Assembly: GCA_965367815.1 (NCBI GenBank)
Contig: CBDUKN010000019.1
Location: 1-56,053 of the forward strand
Length of the DNA stretch: 56,053 nucleotides
Source of the DNA: an uncultured Thermoprotei archaeon
Lineage (GTDB): Archaea > Thermoproteota > Thermoprotei > Thermofilales > B15-G2
Direction of reading: 5' to 3'
Part shown: piece by piece, positions 19,741-30,090 of the stretch
Position numbering within the stretch: the first letter of the stretch is position 1
Layout of the letters: each line of letters opens with the position of its first letter
Notes under the pieces: generated by a model
What the model saw: the letters and a program-made list of their open reading frames with translations, nothing else
Database searches by the model: none
What the model was told of the DNA's origin: nothing
Translations under genes and position numbers: made by a program

Positions 19741-20949
19741 ATGAATTTAGCTATTAAGGGAGGTAAGCCTCTGCGTACTAAGCCTTGGCCTAAGTGGCCC
19801 ATATGGGATTCTCGCGAAGAAAAACAGCTTCTCGAAGTACTTCACAGCGGGTACTGGGGTATTGGAGGCAAGAAAAACGAGGAGTTCGCTAAAAAGTTCG
19901 CAGAGTATCAGGGAGCAAAATACGGAGTTACATGTGCTAACGGCACAGTAGCTATCGAAATAGCTCTCCGTGCACTCGACATAGGATACGGAGACGAAGT
20001 CATAACAACAGCCTATACATTCATGGCTACAGCTCAAGCAATACTATACGTCAACGCGAAGCCTGTTTTCGTAGATATTGAAGAAGACACCTACAACATA
20101 GATCCCTCTCAGATAGAGGAAGCGATAACCGATAGAACTAAGGCAATAATACCTGTACACGTAGGAGGAGCTCCAGCAAACATGGATGAAATAATGAAGA
20201 TAGCCAAAAAATATAACCTGCACGTTATTGAAGACGCTGCTCAAGCCCATGGAGCTAAGTGGGGAGACAGAGGCGCGGGAACAATAGGAGAATATGGTAC
20301 GTTCAGCTTCCAGTCGAGTAAGAATCTGACAGCAGGCGAAGGAGGAATAATACTCACTAACAGCGAAGAGCTGGCCGATAGAGCATGGTCTTATATGAAC
20401 TGCGGTAGAGTAAGAAAAGGTAAGTGGTATCAGCACGTAGTGCTGGGATCAAACTACAGAATGACCGAGTTCCAAGCAGCCATTCTGTTAGCTCAGCTCG
20501 AGCGTGCAGAAGAACTATTCAAAAAGAGGGAAGAGAACGCTAGGTATTTAACTAAAAGACTAGAGGAAATTGAGGGCATTGAGCCTCTCAAGTATCCTAG
20601 TAAAGCTCGGCCAGCATACCACCTTTATATCTTCAAGTACAAAAAAGAGTACTTCAATAATCTCCCGAAGCACAAGTTTATTGAAGCAATGGTTGCCGAA
20701 GGAATACCCTGCAAACCTGGCTACATACCGCTGTACAAGATGGAGGCTTTTACAAACTTCAAGTTACCTTGCGGCGAAGGAAAGTTTGGAGACTACTGCT
20801 CGAAGCTACATTTACCAGTAACAGAAAAAGCGTGCTACGAGGAGGCAATATGGTTGCCACAGTTTGTTCTTCTGGGAGAGAAAGAAGACATGGATGATAT
20901 AGCTGAGGCAATAATTAAGATAAAAAAGAATATTAGAGAACTAACTTAA
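19741..20949 (+). CDS. DegT/DnrJ/EryC1/StrS PLP-dependent aminotransferase
   Basis: NGTVA, IEDAAQAHG, FSFQSSKNLTAGEGG and GSNYRMTE motifs. Confidence 0.95.
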   Translation: MNLAIKGGKPLRTKPWPKWPIWDSREEKQLLEVLHSGYWGIGGKKNEEFAKKFAEYQGAKYGVTCANGTVAIEIALRALDIGYGDEVITTAYTFMATAQAILYVNAKPVFVDIEEDTYNIDPSQIEEAITDRTKAIIPVHVGGAPANMDEIMKIAKKYNLHVIEDAAQAHGAKWGDRGAGTIGEYGTFSFQSSKNLTAGEGGIILTNSEELADRAWSYMNCGRVRKGKWYQHVVLGSNYRMTEFQAAILLAQLERAEELFKKREENARYLTKRLEEIEGIEPLKYPSKARPAYHLYIFKYKKEYFNNLPKHKFIEAMVAEGIPCKPGYIPLYKMEAFTNFKLPCGEGKFGDYCSKLHLPVTEKACYEEAIWLPQFVLLGEKEDMDDIAEAIIKIKKNIRELT

Positions 20950-23693
20950 TGCTTTAAAACTATTTTTAATGTAATTATTTTATGTGCACCTAATTTCACT
21001 TTAATAGTGTTGCCTTCAATACTATTTAGTTCATTCACTATTTCTTCGTTCAAGTTAGTTATCCACGCTTTAGCTACTTCACTTGAGAAAGTTATTTTTG
21101 CTTCTGTTTCTTTGCCGCTAATGTTAAATAGCCTCAATATAATGCTATCGTCGTCTTCTGCTTTCTTGAAAGCGCTTACTACTGCTTCGCTGGGCTCTAT
21201 TTTCATGAAAGAGTATACTGGCTCTATTTCTCCGCTGTGCGGGAAGTCTTCGTGGACTAGTACTGGTACAATGAAGTTTCGGGCAGTCTTGTAGACTTCT
21301 GCTTCAAGCCATGTACCTGAATGCGGTATAATAGAGTACTCGAAGACCCAGATTCCTATCATCTGGGAGTCTTTTGTAGGTATGTGGGGGCCTGCTCCTC
21401 CAGGTCTTGTAAGCAAATCTGATCTAGAGAGCCAGCCAATGCATCTCATTAGTGTGACGAGAATTTCTGTCTCGCCGTTCTTTTTTCTCACTTCGTATTC
21501 GGGGAGACCCTTAGTGGCCACACAGAGACCTTTCTTGCCGTCGTTTACGTCGATCCAGAGTCTAGTCGGCTGAGTAGCTATGTAAGCTTTCGTTCCGTCG
21601 CGGCGTATATAGTAGTATATGGGCTTGTTTGGTCTCTCTACTACATAGAAGTGTGTTTCAGCGAAATGTGTGTCGACATCTACGCCTACTGGAAACTTTA
21701 CGCGGAGTCTATGGTCTTTCGCGTAGTTTTCTACAACTACCTTGACGTCTATTCTAGGTACTTTGCTGTAAAGTGAGACAAATACTGTTATGGGTAGCTT
21801 TACTTTTTCATTGCTCCGAGCTTTTCTGTCTTCAGTGAGACCTCTAGGTATTTCCATTACTGTTGTTACTTTAGCTGTCGCTACGTAGGGTCCTTTCTCG
21901 ATTATTTCTACTGAGGCCTTGAAGTCGCTGCTTTCTACTATGGTGTCTTGGGCTGGAGGCGAATAATCGTACTCGTCTCCTATGTCGCCGCCGTCCTCGA
22001 ATATATTTAAGTCTTCGTAGACAGCGCCAGTTCTCTTGTCTTCTATGCGTATAGCTCCTCCGTGGTCTTCATTGAAACTTACTTTAAAGAACTCGTTTTC
22101 AATCCAGTTTTCGCCTACCTTGATATCGGTTTCTACTTTTTCTTCTCCTCTGGGGACTAGAGCATAGGCCTTGAGGCCGAAGGAGGGAATGTCGTCTACC
22201 CATACTAGCTCGAGGCCGCCGTCTTCTAGTTCTCTAACCTGATAAGGTATGATTTTTCCTTCAAGAGTCTTGAGAGCATACTTTCTGTAATCTATTACTA
22301 GTTTTTCTCCAATCTTATTTTTCAGCGACTCGGGAGGCTTCTTAATTAAAATCTTCTCGAGATTCTCTAAGTACTCTCTAGTCAGCTCTAATTCAGGTCT
22401 AGTTCTAAACCTTACTATTTCTCGTCTAGGCCACGGCAGAGTGTTGTAGGCTACTAAGTATAGTACAGAGTCTTCGCTGAAGTCTAGCTTGACGTGGGAG
22501 TTGATTACTGGTAGAGCATATTTCTTGAAGTTTATGCCAGCGTACTTAGTGAAGTAGTTTATTACATTGAATAGTTTTCCAGTGCACTCGAGAAGCTCGT
22601 CTGCGAGAGTACTCGCTTTAAGTAGTCTTGACTCAACTTCTTTATGTACTTCATCTGTACTGCAGCCGCATATAGAGTCGTGTGGCTGGGAGAGAATAAG
22701 GTACTTCCAAGCCCTCCATATGAATTCTGATGGATATATTTTCTCTAGAAGCCAGGCGAGCGCCCATAGAGGTTCTACTAAGTGAGTTAACTTAACTTCA
22801 CTGCCGAAGCACAGCTGTTTCAAGTATATTCTAGCAGACCAGACGCCATATAGGCAGGAATGATAGTGGCTACTTAGCAGTTCTCCTTTATATTCTCCTA
22901 GCTTTTCTTCACTAGACTTCATTACCTCTACTACGTCTTCGAGAGAACCCTGCTCGACAACAAAAGGCAGGTCTTTTTTGCGAGCATAGTTCTCTACATT
23001 TGGAACCCATTCTTTCGGGAAAGCGTGGTCGCAGCCAATCATTCCAGGTATTACGGGAACATTTGCTCTATCTTTCAGCCTTTCTACAAGTCCTCTGATC
23101 ATTTCAGTAGCTTTCTCGGGGTCATCGGGTAATCCTAGTAGAGTACCGTAGCCTCCATAAAGGAAAACTGTGTAAACGTAGTCTCCGCTCGGAGCAACCC
23201 ACTTAAAGTACATTCCTAAATTCTCGAACTCAGGCCCCATTCCTCGGTGGAAGAAGAAATTGTCGATGCCAAATCCTCTTAGAATCTGCGGCATCTGCGC
23301 AGTATGCCCGAAGATATCGGGCAAGTAGCCTACTTTCATGTAGCCGCCGTACTTTGACGCAGTTCTTATACCGAGCATAAGGTTTCTTACGAGAGATTCT
23401 CCTGAAACGAGGAACTCGTCTGGCTGAATATACCATGGCCCGATTTTTATCCTGCCTTTACTAATGTACTTGACTAACTTTTCTCTGTTCTCTGGCCTTA
23501 CTTCAAGGTAGTCTTCTATTGGAGCTACTTGGCCGTCAAAAACAAAGCACTTGAAGTCCGGTTTTTTCTCCAGTATTTCTAGGAGCTTATCTACGCATGC
23601 TACAAGCCTGTACCTGTATTTGTCGAAGGTGTAGTACCACTCACGGTCCCAGTGAGTATGAGATATTAGTACTACTTTCGTTTTCGCCTTCAT
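20946..23693 (-). CDS. GH38 alpha-mannosidase
   Basis: SHTHWDREWY, GYLPDIFGH and QPHDSICGCS motifs. Confidence 0.95.
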   Translation of the reverse strand: MKAKTKVVLISHTHWDREWYYTFDKYRYRLVACVDKLLEILEKKPDFKCFVFDGQVAPIEDYLEVRPENREKLVKYISKGRIKIGPWYIQPDEFLVSGESLVRNLMLGIRTASKYGGYMKVGYLPDIFGHTAQMPQILRGFGIDNFFFHRGMGPEFENLGMYFKWVAPSGDYVYTVFLYGGYGTLLGLPDDPEKATEMIRGLVERLKDRANVPVIPGMIGCDHAFPKEWVPNVENYARKKDLPFVVEQGSLEDVVEVMKSSEEKLGEYKGELLSSHYHSCLYGVWSARIYLKQLCFGSEVKLTHLVEPLWALAWLLEKIYPSEFIWRAWKYLILSQPHDSICGCSTDEVHKEVESRLLKASTLADELLECTGKLFNVINYFTKYAGINFKKYALPVINSHVKLDFSEDSVLYLVAYNTLPWPRREIVRFRTRPELELTREYLENLEKILIKKPPESLKNKIGEKLVIDYRKYALKTLEGKIIPYQVRELEDGGLELVWVDDIPSFGLKAYALVPRGEEKVETDIKVGENWIENEFFKVSFNEDHGGAIRIEDKRTGAVYEDLNIFEDGGDIGDEYDYSPPAQDTIVESSDFKASVEIIEKGPYVATAKVTTVMEIPRGLTEDRKARSNEKVKLPITVFVSLYSKVPRIDVKVVVENYAKDHRLRVKFPVGVDVDTHFAETHFYVVERPNKPIYYYIRRDGTKAYIATQPTRLWIDVNDGKKGLCVATKGLPEYEVRKKNGETEILVTLMRCIGWLSRSDLLTRPGGAGPHIPTKDSQMIGIWVFEYSIIPHSGTWLEAEVYKTARNFIVPVLVHEDFPHSGEIEPVYSFMKIEPSEAVVSAFKKAEDDDSIILRLFNISGKETEAKITFSSEVAKAWITNLNEEIVNELNSIEGNTIKVKLGAHKIITLKIVLKH

Positions 23694-23780
23694 TGATGAA
23701 ATAGTCTACTAGTTTATTTAAATAAATTCTCGCGGGCAAAACACGCATTCAGCTCATTACGTGAAAAATAGTAAATTCTA

Positions 23781-24602
23781 TTACTCGGAAACTAGGCGGC
23801 AGTACTTGTCGCCTACAGCGATGCAGCGTGTTTCACGGAAACGTATACTCTGGTCAAGTACCGTGCTGAAGAGTCCGCTTAAATATCCTCTAACAAGATT
23901 ACTTGAAGGCTTATACCTGTATTTCAGAGCTTTACATTCAAAGTTTTCGTATAGTTTTAAAGAGATACTAGGTCTAGTCAAATTCATTTCTTCTACTTCG
24001 ACTAAAGCCCAGCCAGCAGCCTGGAGGATTTTAAGAAGCTCTATTAGAAGTTTTTCTTTACCTATTGTCTTCAACTTATCTACCATTATTTTAGCTATAA
24101 ATACACCTCCACCATATCCGAGGTTATAGAGAATAGATGCAGTAACATCACCGTACTTATCATAAAGCGCTTTAAGCATACTTCCTACTTCCTCTAAGGA
24201 AAAGAGCAGTACTCTTGTGTGAAGATCCAAGTAAATAGGGAAAGCCAATTCGCTTACAAGAAAGCCTTTAATAACATTCTTCTTAAACAGCACTTTTCCT
24301 ACAGTATTTGCCTCAAGCTCTTTAAGCATCTGTTTAAGCAGATTATCGTCTATATCAGTTACATCTACTGCAAGAGTTATTGTAGCTTGATTCCATGTTG
24401 GATGAGAATAGCCTATAGTGCTAACTATATTGACTCCATACTTAGCTATAATCTGCAGAGCTTTAGCTAGTTCACCGGGCCTATTTTGTACAGTAAAACA
24501 AAGCTCACCTAGGTCACGGTCCTCTGCAAAGATTATCCACGGTAAATACCGTGGATACGCTTTCTTCATCCGGTACCCTTTAGAAAAGATTTTCTCAAGC
24601 AA
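23781..24602 (-). CDS. ACT + V4R domain protein (paralog 1)
   Basis: NRPGELAKALQIIAKYGVNI (ACT); GW, NFEC, RGYLSG and ETRCIAVGDKYC (V4R). Confidence 0.85.
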   Translation of the reverse strand: MLEKIFSKGYRMKKAYPRYLPWIIFAEDRDLGELCFTVQNRPGELAKALQIIAKYGVNIVSTIGYSHPTWNQATITLAVDVTDIDDNLLKQMLKELEANTVGKVLFKKNVIKGFLVSELAFPIYLDLHTRVLLFSLEEVGSMLKALYDKYGDVTASILYNLGYGGGVFIAKIMVDKLKTIGKEKLLIELLKILQAAGWALVEVEEMNLTRPSISLKLYENFECKALKYRYKPSSNLVRGYLSGLFSTVLDQSIRFRETRCIAVGDKYCRLVSE

Positions 24603-24678
24603 CTTAAAATTATCGCTTACTTTTAAAAATTAAAGAAATCCCAATAACAGATAAATTCCTTAATAGCATATATTTTTC

Positions 24679-25743
24679 GTGAAGTTTGAAAAAGTACTGT
24701 ATTCTCTTCATCCTCAGCAAGTATGTTCTCTTTTAGCCGTAATTCATGGAGCTAAGCCCTCAGCTATAGTAGAGTCTGTGCTAATAGAATCTTGGAAAGA
24801 ATTCGTACATTTTATTCTTTTCTATAAACTTTCATTAGCATATGAAGCATGCCATGGTTTTGTCTTTTTGTTAAATAGTCGTGAAGCATATTTAGTAAAT
24901 AAGAGTACTTTTAATAAACCTTTAAGCGAAGTAGATTTTTCTACAGCTACTAGAATCGACTTAAGTAAATTAGCTTCTATTAAACCTGTAACAAGAAATA
25001 ATATCGACTACGGCGACCTGTTTGTCTCTCAAGACTCTCATCTTTTATTGGAATTAGTTTACTACTATGTTCTGATCAGGAAAGGTAGGAGAACACCTGA
25101 AGTAGATTACAAGCTTGGAGGTCTCTTAGGCTACCCTGAGTGTTGTGTAAAAAGTTATGTGAAGAGAGGACCTGCTAAAGCATGGTATTGCTATCAGAAA
25201 GAACTTATTGAACTTGGTTTAGATCAGGAAATGCCTATAGAGCTGTGGGCAATATACCATGCTCCATGCTCAGCTACTTGCGAAGCTTCAATAAAACTCG
25301 GAGAAGAATACTTGATAGCTGTTAAAGGGGCTTCAGAGAAACTTTATAGAAAAGTTGTCAGCGAGCTTTCTTCAAGTCACTTAGCGTACTCTGTTGGAAG
25401 AAGATTTCTAGACTTCCATGAGACTAAAAGAAGCATAGAGCCTAGCGTAGAGAAATTCGTGACAGAGAAATTGCTTGAGCCCTACTATATTCTCTACGGT
25501 AAGATTCTAAGACCATTTATTTACTGCAAATGGGAAGAAGGAGAGTTTAAACTAAATATTACACGCGAAATAGAAGGCTATAAGTATATAGCATACTCGC
25601 CTGGCGAAGGAGTATTAGTCTTCGATAATAGCCTTAAAATATACATTTACTTAACTAAAAAAATTCTAAGAAAAGATAGTGTTCAATATTCTTTAACAGC
25701 CTTCCGTGTTTATAGAACTAAGCTAGGTTCTCTCGAGCACTAG
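24679..25743 (+). CDS. DUF483-like cysteine-motif protein
   Basis: LGGLLGYPECCVKSY and HAPCSATCEASIKLG motifs. Confidence 0.65.
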   Translation: MKFEKVLYSLHPQQVCSLLAVIHGAKPSAIVESVLIESWKEFVHFILFYKLSLAYEACHGFVFLLNSREAYLVNKSTFNKPLSEVDFSTATRIDLSKLASIKPVTRNNIDYGDLFVSQDSHLLLELVYYYVLIRKGRRTPEVDYKLGGLLGYPECCVKSYVKRGPAKAWYCYQKELIELGLDQEMPIELWAIYHAPCSATCEASIKLGEEYLIAVKGASEKLYRKVVSELSSSHLAYSVGRRFLDFHETKRSIEPSVEKFVTEKLLEPYYILYGKILRPFIYCKWEEGEFKLNITREIEGYKYIAYSPGEGVLVFDNSLKIYIYLTKKILRKDSVQYSLTAFRVYRTKLGSLEH

Positions 25744-26520
25744 TTTACAGTATGGGTCCCCTACAGCAGTACACTTAACTTCTACAAACCTATACTGTTT
25801 TTTGAGTACAGCCGTAAAAACACCACTTAAGTATCCTCGTATGAGATGGCTCGACGGTTTTCTTCTAAATTTAAGTGCTTCACATTCAAAGCTACTAAAT
25901 AACTTCAGCGAAGCCTTTGGAGCAGCTAAGTCTAAGTCCTCTATTTCTACTTTACACCATCCTGTGGCCTGAGGAAACTTAAGTAGCTCTGCTACTATAT
26001 TTTCTAACTCAATTCCCTCTAGTCTTTTCAGCATTTTCTCAGTAAGAGCTTTTCCTCCGCCGAAAGCAAAGTTATATAAAATAGACGCGGCTACATCACC
26101 GTATTTTTCATAAAGACCCTTTAGCATATTCTCAACAACTTCTTCAGAAAGCATTAGTGCCCTAATGTTGGGAGCAACATACATCGGAAAACTTAACTCA
26201 TCGATAATAAACCCTTTTACAGTACTTTTCTTATACCTCACTTTAGACCCAGTTACTCTTTCTAATTCGTTAACTAATGAAGAGAATTCTTTTTCGCTTA
26301 AATTAGATACATCGATAAAGAGTATTATTGGAGCGTATTTCCAGGATGCATGAGAGTACCCAGATGTAGACAGAATATTTACGTGGTATTTGGCTAATAC
26401 CTCTAGTGCTCTAAGCAGGCCTCCAGGTTCGTTTTTGACGAAGAAGCACAATTCACAAAGCTCTCTTCCTTCTACATGGAGCATCCACGGAACATAGCGT
26501 ACTAGTATTTTTTCAACCAT
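25723..26520 (-). CDS. ACT + V4R domain protein (paralog 2)
   Basis: NEPGGL...VNI (ACT); SFEC, RGYLSG and EVKCTAVGDPYC (V4R); clearly homologous to 23781..24602. Confidence 0.85.
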   Translation of the reverse strand: MVEKILVRYVPWMLHVEGRELCELCFFVKNEPGGLLRALEVLAKYHVNILSTSGYSHASWKYAPIILFIDVSNLSEKEFSSLVNELERVTGSKVRYKKSTVKGFIIDELSFPMYVAPNIRALMLSEEVVENMLKGLYEKYGDVAASILYNFAFGGGKALTEKMLKRLEGIELENIVAELLKFPQATGWCKVEIEDLDLAAPKASLKLFSSFECEALKFRRKPSSHLIRGYLSGVFTAVLKKQYRFVEVKCTAVGDPYCKLVLERT

Positions 26521-26773
26521 GTGCCTCTTTATTAACTTGGATTAAATATAATTAAATTTTACGCTAGGCTTTATATCAATATATACTAGTTTAAGGAATA
26601 TTTTCGGTGCTACAGATTGAGAAATAGTAGTTCAAAAAATAAGAAATAGTTTAATTAGATATTTTAAGGCGACACAACATTTAAGTATCGTTATTTAAGT
26701 AACGACTTAACTTAACAGATAGCTAATTCATACTCAGATCAAAGTTTATACATTAAATTAAATATTCATAATT

Positions 26774-26983
26774 GTGAATTATAGGACTACTATAACGATT
26801 TCCGTAAAGACTAAGCAGGCTCTTGAATCACTTAAAGGGGATAAGAGTTGGGATGAGTTTTTATTGGAGCTTGTTGCAGAAGTTCAGCGAGTGAGAAGAG
26901 AAAAGAATAGAGAAAAGCTTGCTGAACTTCTTGAAGCTGAGTTCGATGAAGTGAAAGTGAGAAAATGGGCGAGAGAATACTAG
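26774..26983 (+). CDS. VapB-type antitoxin
   Basis: TTITIS..TKQALESLKGDKSWDEFL; overlaps the PIN gene. Confidence 0.8.
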   Translation: MNYRTTITISVKTKQALESLKGDKSWDEFLLELVAEVQRVRREKNREKLAELLEAEFDEVKVRKWAREY

Positions 26984-27333
26984 TTGACACAGATATTTTT
27001 ATTGACTATTATAAGAGCAGACTAGATCTTCCTCTAGGAAACATCTACTTTATTTCAGTAATATCGCTTTACGAGTATATTAGAGGCACCAAGAATCCTC
27101 AGTTAGCAAAAAAGCTTCTTGAAGAATCTTTTACTATAATACCCCTGACTAACAGTATTTTAGTAAAGGCTTCTGAAATATGGCGTGATTTAAGGAAGAA
27201 AGCTATGATTATAGATGATAGAGACTTAATTATTGGAACTACGGCAATTGTTTTTGATTTAAAGCTTTTAACAAAAAATGTTAAGCATTTTAGTAGGCTA
27301 AAGGACTACGGCCTAGAATTTTACTACTTATAA
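26965..27333 (+). CDS. vapC: VapC PIN-domain toxin
   Basis: ILVDTD, SLYE, DLIIG and TKNVKHF motifs. Confidence 0.9.
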   Translation: MGERILVDTDIFIDYYKSRLDLPLGNIYFISVISLYEYIRGTKNPQLAKKLLEESFTIIPLTNSILVKASEIWRDLRKKAMIIDDRDLIIGTTAIVFDLKLLTKNVKHFSRLKDYGLEFYYL

Positions 27334-27369
27334 CGGAAGTATTATATTTTCATCGATGTAGTCTGCTCT

Positions 27370-29268
27370 GTGAAGTACTCTAAATTTAAGCTACTTTTCG
27401 GAGATATTCATTGTCATTCAAATCTCTCGCTGTGTGGTGTTTGCAGAGGTAAAAAAGACTTGCTGGAAAAAGACTTCTATTTTCACGGCAGCATACTAAG
27501 AGATTACTTTGAGGAAAAAGATGCATACGAGTCTGTCGACTTACTATATGAGTATGCTAGAGATAAAGCTAAACTAGATTTCGCGGCGATAACAGACCAT
27601 GATTTCTCTATGACCGACGAAATGTGGGCTTTTATTAGAAGGAAGGCTTCAGAATGGTATTCTCCAGGAAAATTCACTACTTTCAGCGCATACGAGTGGA
27701 CTTCGTATGCCTACGGACACAGAAACGTCTATTTCCTTACGGACGACAAACCTATATTCAGGTGCGTTAACTATGGCAAATATCCTTCAAGCACGAAAGG
27801 CTATAGTCCAGCCGATCTATGGAGCTTCTTGAGGAAAGTTGAAGCTAAAGCAATTACGATACCTCATCATCCATCTATAACTCAGTTTCCAGTAGACTGG
27901 AGCTACTATGACCCAGAGTTCGATCGACTAGTTGAAATAGCTTCAATATGGGGTGTCTTCGAGTACTATGGAAACCCCGTGTACTGTATGTCTTCAGATA
28001 ATCTGCCCCGCTTCTTCGTAGTAGACGCACTTGAAAAAGGATATAGGCTAGGCATTATAGGAGGCGGCGACACCCACGACTGCTACCCTGGGTCTCCATT
28101 TAGACCAGTTATCATTAAAAACAGGCCCCCTCAAATGAAGTACTTGAACTCACTTACAACAGGTTTCGTAGAGTACTTTCTATACAATCCTTTTGGAGCA
28201 GGACTAGCGGCAGTATATGCCGAGCACAATACTAGAGAAGACATATTTAGAGCGCTCTACGAGAGAAGAGCATACGCGGTCCTAGGAACAAGACTGAGAC
28301 TAGAGTTCAGCATTGATGACTACTTAATGGGCTCCGAGATAAAAGTCTCAGATCCAAACTACAAGCCCGAAATTAGCGTCAGAGTAGAGAGCGATGAGCC
28401 CATAGATAAAGTAGAGTTAATACGCAACGGCAAAGCAATTTACCGTGAATACGGGCCTAGAAGAGCGATTTCATTTAAGTATATTGATGAAGAAAAGCCT
28501 TGCCGGAGACTCAACTACTATTATGTGAGAGTACTTGAGCGCACAGGAGGCAGAGCTTGGTCTAGTCCAATATGGATCTACTATACAGGGCTCCGAGACC
28601 TGATAGCAGAAGTAAAGTTAAGGAAACTAGTACTGAGGCTCGGTGACATGAGAGAAGTGGAAGTATTCTTCAGCAAAACAAAGCCCATTAGAACCATGAA
28701 GCCTCCTAACTTAAGCAACTATAGTAGAGGCAGTTTTTTCTGGATAGAAGAAACCAAAGACTATAGTGTAGTTCTTAAAGCACGATTCAAGAGCTATGAG
28801 CCTGTGAACTTCAAGGGTAGGCTAAAGATAAGTGGCTTCGACACATATACAGTTGAGCCAGTAAACTTCGCTATATGGAAGTACGGAGGAGACCTATTCA
28901 GAGATAACTACGCTGGCATAATAGAATGGGATGTCACTCCATCATCTAACCTAAATCTACTAGATACTAGTAGCGTAAAGGGACTAGACATCCATATTCA
29001 GTTAAACTACAGAGAAGACTGCATAGCAGAAGTAGAAGCTTATCAAAACGGACTAAAAGTACCCGGTGAAACACATGTTAACGGCATAAAAGTACCTAAA
29101 ATACCCTTCAAAATAGTAATATACAGTAGAAAAGACTTAAAGACTCATAAAATATATCTCACTAACGAAAAAACAATAAAAATACCAGCTGACACAAAAT
29201 ACTGCATAATTTATCCAGCATACTTCACTAAAACAAAACTAAAAGAAGCAATACTATCTATCCAGTAA
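27370..29268 (+). CDS. PHP-like (CehA/McbA, DUF3604-like) metallohydrolase
   Basis: GDIHCHS, AITDH, GHRNVY, IPHH, GGDTH and AWSSPIW motifs. Confidence 0.85.
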   Translation: MKYSKFKLLFGDIHCHSNLSLCGVCRGKKDLLEKDFYFHGSILRDYFEEKDAYESVDLLYEYARDKAKLDFAAITDHDFSMTDEMWAFIRRKASEWYSPGKFTTFSAYEWTSYAYGHRNVYFLTDDKPIFRCVNYGKYPSSTKGYSPADLWSFLRKVEAKAITIPHHPSITQFPVDWSYYDPEFDRLVEIASIWGVFEYYGNPVYCMSSDNLPRFFVVDALEKGYRLGIIGGGDTHDCYPGSPFRPVIIKNRPPQMKYLNSLTTGFVEYFLYNPFGAGLAAVYAEHNTREDIFRALYERRAYAVLGTRLRLEFSIDDYLMGSEIKVSDPNYKPEISVRVESDEPIDKVELIRNGKAIYREYGPRRAISFKYIDEEKPCRRLNYYYVRVLERTGGRAWSSPIWIYYTGLRDLIAEVKLRKLVLRLGDMREVEVFFSKTKPIRTMKPPNLSNYSRGSFFWIEETKDYSVVLKARFKSYEPVNFKGRLKISGFDTYTVEPVNFAIWKYGGDLFRDNYAGIIEWDVTPSSNLNLLDTSSVKGLDIHIQLNYREDCIAEVEAYQNGLKVPGETHVNGIKVPKIPFKIVIYSRKDLKTHKIYLTNEKTIKIPADTKYCIIYPAYFTKTKLKEAILSIQ

Positions 29269-29789
29269 ACAGATAAACTTCTCATCATCTATTAAGCCGC
29301 TGGCTGCTAGAGGTGAAAAGTCATGTAATTTTAAAACAAGAGAGGAAAAATAATATAACTACTATTAGAAATTGCGCAGAGAATATAGAAAATAGAATGT
29401 TGGAGTATTATTAAATGTGCTTGCATTTTCATAGCTAGTGGCTTTCTTGCTTTTTTACTTAAATATAGCACCAAGGATATAAGACCTCTCTTAGTGAACT
29501 ACCTTAAAGTTCTCTCAGATACATACTCAATAGGACTTATATGGACACTCAATGAAGTAATAAAACTTTTAAAATACCCATAGTTTTCAAAAGATAAAGC
29601 GAAGACAACTATCTCTATAAGGATATTAGGTAAGTGCTCAGTCTAACTAGGAGCCTCAGTAGACAAGCGTACTTGGTGAAGCTTTAGCTCGTACTAGTTT
29701 CAGCTAGGAGTCATAGTGAAGAGCTTAGCTTCTGAATGGGTTATAGGGTAAGTGGGTGTAGTACAGTCTAGAGCTAGGTCACTGTATAG

Positions 29790-29815
29790 ATGGTACTAGT
29801 ATCTACTAGTACCAT
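29790..29815. repeat. Perfect 12-bp inverted repeat (hairpin) in a degenerate intergenic region
   Basis: ATGGTACTAGTA-TC-TACTAGTACCAT. Confidence 0.7.
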
Positions 29816-30090
29816 TCTAGTACGCTCCCTCCTTTAGGTGTCTTTCTGAATCTTTGAGAAAAAGATCCATTCTTCTATCCTTGCATAACTTTCTAGTGTT
29901 TATTCCTAGTTTTCTTTATACAAGCTTAGTAATTCTTCGATTGCCGAAGGAGCTAGTAGTAAATCGACAAGACCTTGACTATTTCCAGTAGACTATTAAG
30001 GAGACGAAAGTTAGCCTTTCAACTCTGGTAAATCTCCTCTCTAACATCGATTTCAACAAATTCTTTTGTAGAGAAAATATTTTTAGAAAT

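Noticed and set aside
26680-26712. Imperfect inverted repeat upstream of vapBC
   Set aside because: It is AT-rich, gapped and short; it could be an operator but is too weakly supported to call.
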